A stretch of 64,000 bases of DNA from Mobula hypostoma (Eukaryota), in contig NC_086097.1 in the NCBI RefSeq assembly GCF_963921235.1, forward strand, positions 218,056,001 to 218,120,000, given 5' to 3'. Shown in pieces: positions 61,591 to 64,000 of this stretch (within the stretch, counting starts at the first letter, position 1; each line of letters opens with the position of its first letter). The notes under the pieces are model-generated. The model was not told the DNA's origin. It did not search any database and worked only from the letters and a program-made list of their open reading frames with translations. The position numbers and the translations under genes were made by a program.

Positions 61591-61609
61591 GAGCAATTTA
61601 GTAACAAAA

Positions 61610-61880
61610 GTCTAATAAGGCACAGCAGTGCTGTCCCAAGAGAGTGCTGTAATCACTGGAAGTGTAATCTTTCAAATGAGATGTTAAACTAGGGCCCAGT
61701 TACTAAGGGTTTCCTGGTCTCTCAATGCCTTCATTTTGAATAATAATAGAAATATAATTTTCAGTCTATTTTCTGAAGTTCATTTCTCAATAAACTTAAT
61801 TAGTAGACCTTGTCACTATGACAAGAATACCTGTGGAAGCCTGCTGGGTATATTGTTGTTTAACCTACTTACTTGTGCCA
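61610..61880 (+). mobile_element. Very decayed Deu-domain SINE
   Basis: GAGAGTGCTG...TCTTTCAAATGAGATGTTAAACTAGGGCCC, related to the 55830-56075 element. Confidence 0.45.
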
Positions 61881-62869
61881 CAAAAATGGGGGAAAAAAAT
61901 CACCAACGCAGGAAACCTGAAATAAAAACTGAAAATGCTGGAAATGCTCAGTAATCATGCAGTCGCTTTGGCAATGAAAACACAATTGTCTAGTGTCTGA
62001 ATGAGTTCTAATGAAAGGTTATTGCAAAGAGACTTTATTTTTGTAGAAGCTCCGATTTGCTGCAAATCTCTAGCAATTCCTGTTTTTAATTACAACAGCA
62101 ACCTCACTTCAAAAATCAAGTCCACTGGCAACAGCAGTTTACTGGCCTGTTCAATAATGGACATAAAGAATGCTGCATAAAATATTGTTGGAAAGTACAA
62201 TATAACAGATTTGGATTATGATTTTCATTCTGAAATGTACAATTTGTTCAAACAATTTCTAAAACAACTTTGATTCCCATACTTATGTCATCTGTAAATA
62301 TAATCCATTGACTAATCACAATGTTCATCAGAAGTACGAAGTAATTGAAAGAGTGCAATATGGAGAGAACAAGAGCAACCAAGGAATGGATTTTATATCA
62401 GACATCAAAAGTTCAACTATTTTAGAACTCTCAATAATACTTCATCTCAAAGATGAGATTTTAACGGGTAACATTTGGCATTGTGTACTATATGTGGAGC
62501 TCAGAATACTGGATGCATGGACTTCCGTGAAGCACATAATTGGAAAACTGTATTCAACAAAACTGAGTTACTTTTGAGGGCATATCTAGGAAGGCCAAAA
62601 GCTGGGTACTGGTGAGGTAGGAGGAGGAGAAGATGGCAGCGCGACGCAGCTTGCACGGCCACTCCGGTGAATGATATCTGTAACCTGACAAGTAGGGTGC
62701 CGTGCACAAGCCTGATTTGATGGAAACAGATGTGAGAGAACGGAGGAACATCTGGAGAAACTTCTGAAATGCCTTTTTCGCTGCCGCTGTTGCTGTGTGG
62801 TCCGGAATCTATGGAGGGGAAGGCCCCGAATCCTCGGCTTTGCTTGTTGCTCGGCAGCCAGGATGGGGT

Positions 62870-64000
62870 CGATCTTATAAAGGGCTTGATCTTTCTGCCT
62901 GAAGTGGTCCTGTATGGATCAGGATCACAGCATGCAATGATAAAACAAATGCCAGATGGATACAAACCTTTGTGAGCAACCAAAACTGAGAAGGATGGTC
63001 TGAAGTCCCTCATGTTTGACAGACTGAATGGTCTGAGCAAGATTAAGGCAGGCCATGGACAACTGTTGCGTCTACTATCTGTACCTTATCAGTTTGTTTG
63101 TGAGAATGTGGTGAGTGTGCATGTGGCCGATCGATCGCGTGGTAAATCAAAGGGCTTCCTATGCGCAGAAGACTCTCTTTTAGGAGTGAGGTTTTGAGTG
63201 CAGATGTCTTTCATCAAGGTGGGCCCAGTTTGTAGCTCCCACACTATTTGTTGCCCAGGATGTATCATTACTTGCATGACTAAGTAAAAATGTTCACTCA
63301 TACTATCCATTGTAGTTCTTGCTCTGTACAATATGTAACATTTTGGCAATGAGGGGCAAAATAAGATACATCTATTGTGGGCCACAGCACTGGCAAAGCT
63401 GACCACTGAACTGGGCTGCAATGAAAGACGACCTTCCTAGATTACATCGCACTCCCACCAGTTTTAACACCAGCTGCAAAGCCCACTCACTTAAGCTATC
63501 TTCACAAGACTAAACGTAATGGCTTAGGAATGCAAGTACAAAGGTACTGAGCAAATTCAAAGAAGCAATGCCTATCTAAACGTTAATTATTGGAATCCAA
63601 GATAGGAGGACTCAGGAAAACCTCCAGTCCAAAAAGTACTGTTTGTCCTGGGACAAAGTATGCTCCGCAGTTCAGCACCAGGAAGCAGTCAAGAGAGGCC
63701 TTAGACAGATTCAGTCACACCCATCATCATTCAGACAGTACTGGAGCAAGAGCCCACTCCCGAAAACATTGATGTTTCCCAGTAGATATCGACTCACAGC
63801 CTACAGTCTCCAGAGGAATCATAAAAACTTCCACAGAGATGCCATTGCCATAGTCATGCTCAAGTTGTCCGATTGCAAGCGTCAAAAGACAGTCTGCTGG
63901 TTCAGTCAGAAGGTAGACCATCTCAAGAAGGTGTGCTTCACTAAGCAATGCGCCATGAGAAAACAGCATAATTCAATCACACAAGGAATCATCCAGAGCG
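62870..64000 (-). mobile_element. Possible highly decayed LINE RT remnant, clade uncertain
   Basis: Only weak motif traces (LNLSKA; YLG...LTFR). No splice-flanked ARFGEF1-like peptide was seen. Confidence 0.3.

Noticed and set aside
62501..63969. Minus-strand ORFs as further ARFGEF1 exons
   Set aside because: No BIG1-like peptide or matching splice phase was seen; the next exon is probably beyond the window.

Overview
Vertebrate nuclear DNA, probably from a cartilaginous fish such as a ray. That is inferred from the CR1-dominated repeats, the V-SINE- and SacSINE/Deu-like SINEs and the Penelope families; I ran no database search. Two host genes lie tail-to-tail. The last two coding exons of CSPP1 are on + (7412-7547, 34340-34566) and the last three of ARFGEF1/BIG1 are on - (60711-60849, 56191-56308, 51524-51691). 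Most of the rest is nested transposable elements: many CR1 LINEs, Rex1/Babar-like fragments, a young 3'-truncated L1, Penelope-like elements, two solo LTRs, Tc1, Tigger/pogo, two hAT elements and several SINEs. The most striking signal is at the RNA level. An HDV-like self-cleaving ribozyme fold lies on - at 189-382, at the apparent 5' end of a non-LTR element. It has a 96-nt structured J1/2 domain and an extra hairpin inserted in L3. Minimal hammerhead motifs also occur in fold-back Penelope-derived insertions. Almost all ORFs in the supplied track are TE fragments or noise. Boundaries of decayed repeats are approximate; exon, TSD and ribozyme coordinates were read base by base.
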